DNA of 59,110 nucleotides, filler included, from an uncultured virus (IMG/VR IMGVR_UViG_2061766007_001796) (taxonomy: Duplodnaviria; Heunggongvirae; Uroviricota; Caudoviricetes). It is 6 parts of one record of this genome, joined end to end, with 100 filler letters (N's around TTAATTAATTAA, not from the genome) between each part and the next. Parts side by side here need not be neighbours in the genome. Positions count along the whole stretch, not along the records: positions 38,330 to 59,110 come from IMGVR_UViG_2061766007_001796; 5 more parts are not named here. One strand, written 5' to 3'. This document shows positions 55,942-59,110 of the stretch, piece by piece. The notes under the pieces are model-generated. The model was not told the origin of the DNA. It made no database searches and was given only the letters and a program-made list of their open reading frames with translations. The position numbers and the translations under genes are program-made. The stretch's first letter is position 1. Every line of letters starts with the position of its first letter.

Positions 55942-57109
55942 TTAAAGGGTAACTCCTCTCGTATTGATTGCGTTTGTATTGAGAAAACAACCTTGTTTTC
56001 TCCAGTACGCCATAGTGTCGCTTGGCACTAGTTTTGTAACCTTGCCAATGCAATAGCATTTTTCAAACGGAACATTTTTAATGTTCTCGACAATGCCAGC
56101 AATAAAGCGTAGGTAGTGCTTAATGCGTTCTGGGTCGTTTGTGTTACGTCCAATGCGGAACTCGATTGTCTTGCCCGAGTTATTAAGTGCACATCCACGA
56201 CCTCCGCCATGACTGCAAGGCATATAACCCCAAGGGTTATCATAGCGAGTAATGTAGGATTTCATGTTCTCAATTTCACTATGTGAAAAGAATTGGCAAT
56301 AACCCATACGTTCTCTTTTACGACCACTCATTTTTAAGAAATCTTCTTCGTAAGATTTCATAAAGTATTGGAGTTTTAAGAAGTTAAGACATTGTGTCTT
56401 AGGGTCGTCGTTGGAACCTAACCAAGTCTTGCTTGCATGAACGTGCAACCCTGCCTCGTCGTTGCCCTCAATGTTTTTGTTGACTTTCATTACGTCAGTA
56501 ATGATTGACCAGTCGAACTCATATAATGTCTTTTTAGTAAAGACATTTGAAATGATTTCTCCGCTGACGGTGCAATCACGCTCCACTCTAAAGAGTGGGT
56601 TATTGCCGTTGACAAGTGGTGAAAATCTACTTGTAGATTTCATGTATTCGTCTTGGTCTCCGTTGTAGTATTCAAACTCCATGCCAAACCCTTGTACGTT
56701 ATCTAACGTAAAGTTTTCTCCGTCTCCGTTTATAACGGCAACGTTATAAGATGTGTCATGGTAGCCTTTGAGGTAAATGTCCTCAATTTGGTTTTTCTTT
56801 GCTTCGCAAAGAGCGCAACGTCTTGTATGTGTGTCGATATCCCATGTGCTTACTCCAGCACGAATGTCTTGCGGTGTGCACCATGTGCCACATACGTCGC
56901 ATTTTCTGAACCCGAGNNNNNNNNNNNNNNNNNNNNNNNNNNNNNNNNNNNNNNNNNNNNNNNNNNNNNNNNNNNNNNNNNNNNNGTCGTTTGTGATTGT
57001 GTCAATGCTATTTGTGTTATCGACTAGCACTTGAAAAAGTGCTCGACCGAGTGTTCTAGGTGTTGTATATGAGGCGGTAATTTCGCCATATTGATTTCGT
57101 GTTGCTAAG
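55942..57109 (-). CDS. Putative amidoligase (COOH-NH2 ligase type) with N-terminal Zn finger
   Basis: GMEFE, ERDCTVSGEIIS, AGLHVH, TIEFR; CxxC...CxxC. Confidence 0.82.
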
Positions 57110-57396
57110 NNNNNNNNNNAGCCCATAATTGGTCTTGTGTCATTTCAGTGATTTTCATGGTCTTTTTCTCCTTATTGTTCAAAGAACAATACCACATCGA
57201 GTGGTGTTCTAAACTCTTGCGCCTCTAATTGCTCGCATAACTCGTCGTATGCGTCTGGGTCGTTATCGCGGATGTCGTATATCTGCTTGAGCAAGCGTCC
57301 ATAGAACCCTTGTGAGTGTGATAAATCGATAATGACATTTAAAATGTCATTCATTTTAAGTGTAATGTTTGCCATAGTTGTGCTCCTTGTCCGCCT

Positions 57397-57666
57397 CTAC
57401 TCGACTATAAAGTCGAGTGAGGTCTTGTTTGTTTCGTAGTGGAATGTCTTTTTACTGTCTTTTACATAGTAAAAACCGATACTGAACATTTGTGAATTGT
57501 AGCCTATGATTTTGAAATCATAGCCGTTGAGTTTGCTACATTTTGCCTTGCAGTTGTCATAAGCACATTGCTTATTCCAACTGGGTCTATCGTAGCATTG
57601 GTGCAAGTAATATAAATTACTTGCGGAGTGTCTTTTGACGAGTGAAAATTGTTTTTTGTTAAGCAT
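57397..57666 (-). CDS. Hypothetical phage protein present in only one variant
   Basis: AGGAGG RBS; CYDRPS.NK..AY..C...IIGYNSQMFS.G. Confidence 0.7.
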   Translation of the reverse strand: MLNKKQFSLVKRHSASNLYYLHQCYDRPSWNKQCAYDNCKAKCSKLNGYDFKIIGYNSQMFSIGFYYVKDSKKTFHYETNKTSLDFIVE

Positions 57667-57696
57667 AATTGCCTCCTATTCGTAAGAGGGTTACCC

Positions 57697-58755
57697 ATTA
57701 AAGGGTAACTCCTCTCGTATTGNNNNNNNNNNNNNNNNNNNNNNNNNNNNNNNNNNNNNNNNNNNNNNNNNNNNNNNNNNNNNNNNNNNNNNNNNNNNNN
57801 NNNNNNNNNNNNNNNNNNNNNNNNNNNNNNNNNNNNNNNNNNNNNNNNNNNNNNNNNNNNNNNNNNNNNNNNNNNNNNNNNNNNNNNNNNNNNNNNNNNN
57901 NNNNNNNNNNNNNNNNNNNNNNNNNNNNNNNNNNNNNNNNNNNNNNNNNNNNNNNNNNNNNNNNNNNNNNNNNNNNNNNNNNNNNNNNNNNNNNNNNNNN
58001 NNNNNNNNNNNNNNNNNNNNNNNNNNNNNNNNNNNNNNNNNNNNNNNNNNNNNNNNNNNNNNNNNNNNNNNNNNNNNNNNNNNNNNNNNNNNNNNNNNNN
58101 NNNNNNNNNNNNNNNNNNNNNNNNNNNNNNNNNNNNNNNNNNNNNNNNNNNNNNNNNNNNNNNNNNNNNNNNNNNNNNNNNNNNNNNNNNNNNNNNNNNN
58201 NNNNNNNNNNNNNNNNNNNNNNNNNNNNNNNNNNNNNNNNNNNNNNNNNNNNNNNNNNNNNNNNNNNNNNNNNNNNNNNNNNNNNNNNNNNNNNNNNNNN
58301 NNNNNNNNNNNNNNNNNNNNNNNNNNNNNNNNNNNNNNNNNNNNNNNNNNNNNNNNNNNNNNNNNNNNNNNNNNNNNNNNNNNNNNNNNNNNNNNNNNNN
58401 NNNNNNNNNNNNNNNNNNNNNNNNNNNNNNNNNNNNNNNNGTGTGTTTCGCTATCCCATGTGCTTACTCCAGCACGGATTTCTTGCGGTGTGCACCATGT
58501 GCCACATACGTCACATTTTCTGAACCCGAGTGCTCTTACAAGTGCCTCGTCGTCTGCGTAATCTTCGATACGACCCATACCACGATATATGCGACCAGTG
58601 GTAAAAGTGCTGAGATTATCGTTTGTGATTGTGTCAATGCTGTTTGTGTTATCGACTAGCACTTGAAAAAGTGCTCTGCCTAGTGTTCGTTGTGTTGTAT
58701 ATGAGGCGGTAATTTCGCCATATTGATTTCGTGTTGCTAAGATTAAGTATGCCAT
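57697..58755 (-). CDS. Amidoligase, second allele (mostly gap); true start MAYLILATRN at 58755
   Basis: GAGG RBS; both ends match 55942-57109. Confidence 0.75.
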
Positions 58756-59110
58756 ACTTAATACCTCTCTTTCTTTGGATTTCGGTTGACCTCTACCTCG
58801 AGGAGCGTTCATATATCGGGTAACGCTTGACAACCCGACAAGGGATTTTTTTACTACGCATTATCGTCATAACCTTGTAGCGTAGTGTCTCTAAACTGTC
58901 ACATATCATTTGTACTGGAGCACCGCTTTTAGTGAGGGGTGTCTCGAACACTTGTCTCTCGACCCTTGGCAACCTTGTGCCGTTTTTTTCGACACCAACA
59001 TCTTCTCATAGGACAATACCTATGTCATTACTTTACGTAATTGACATAGGTAAAATTGATAAAATGCCATTTTTTGACCTCACTATCTTTGATAGTGGTT
59101 TTTCTTAATA

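Noticed and set aside
1..59110. CRISPR array, rRNA, or stop-codon recoding
   Set aside because: No regular repeat-spacer structure or rRNA-like sequence; long genes read cleanly in the standard bacterial code

Overview
AT-rich, gap-riddled scaffold of a temperate tailed phage, probably infecting a low-GC Bacillota host (AGGAGG RBSs, sigmaA-type promoters). At least two, locally three, closely related strain variants are interleaved. They are joined by short N gaps and by artificial N-TTAATTAATTAA-N linkers, so most apparent duplications are alleles, not paralogs. Gene order: (+) Ig-like virion protein, membrane-protein cluster, modular tail fibre, AgrB-like membrane protein, GIY-YIG endonuclease, internal virion proteins and a giant polyvalent protein; a candidate attP (tRNA-Gly 3' end); (-) accessory genes, tyrosine integrase and repressor; (+) cro, YqaJ, RecT, SSB-like and regulator genes; (-) an early cluster with an amidoligase and a class II glutamine amidotransferase. 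The main discovery is recurrent hidden out-of-frame genes with their own RBS. (1) A leaderless AgrD-like propeptide (M-x5-CWFIF-PDFEEE...) is nested inside the AgrB-like gene, and allele differences show purifying selection on it, suggesting a compact phage peptide-signalling system. (2) Small nested ORFs accompany the enzymatic domains of the polyvalent protein (HExxH peptidase, and a SAM-lyase-like versus GNAT-like swappable cassette). Functional assignments come from motif recognition only; no searches were run.
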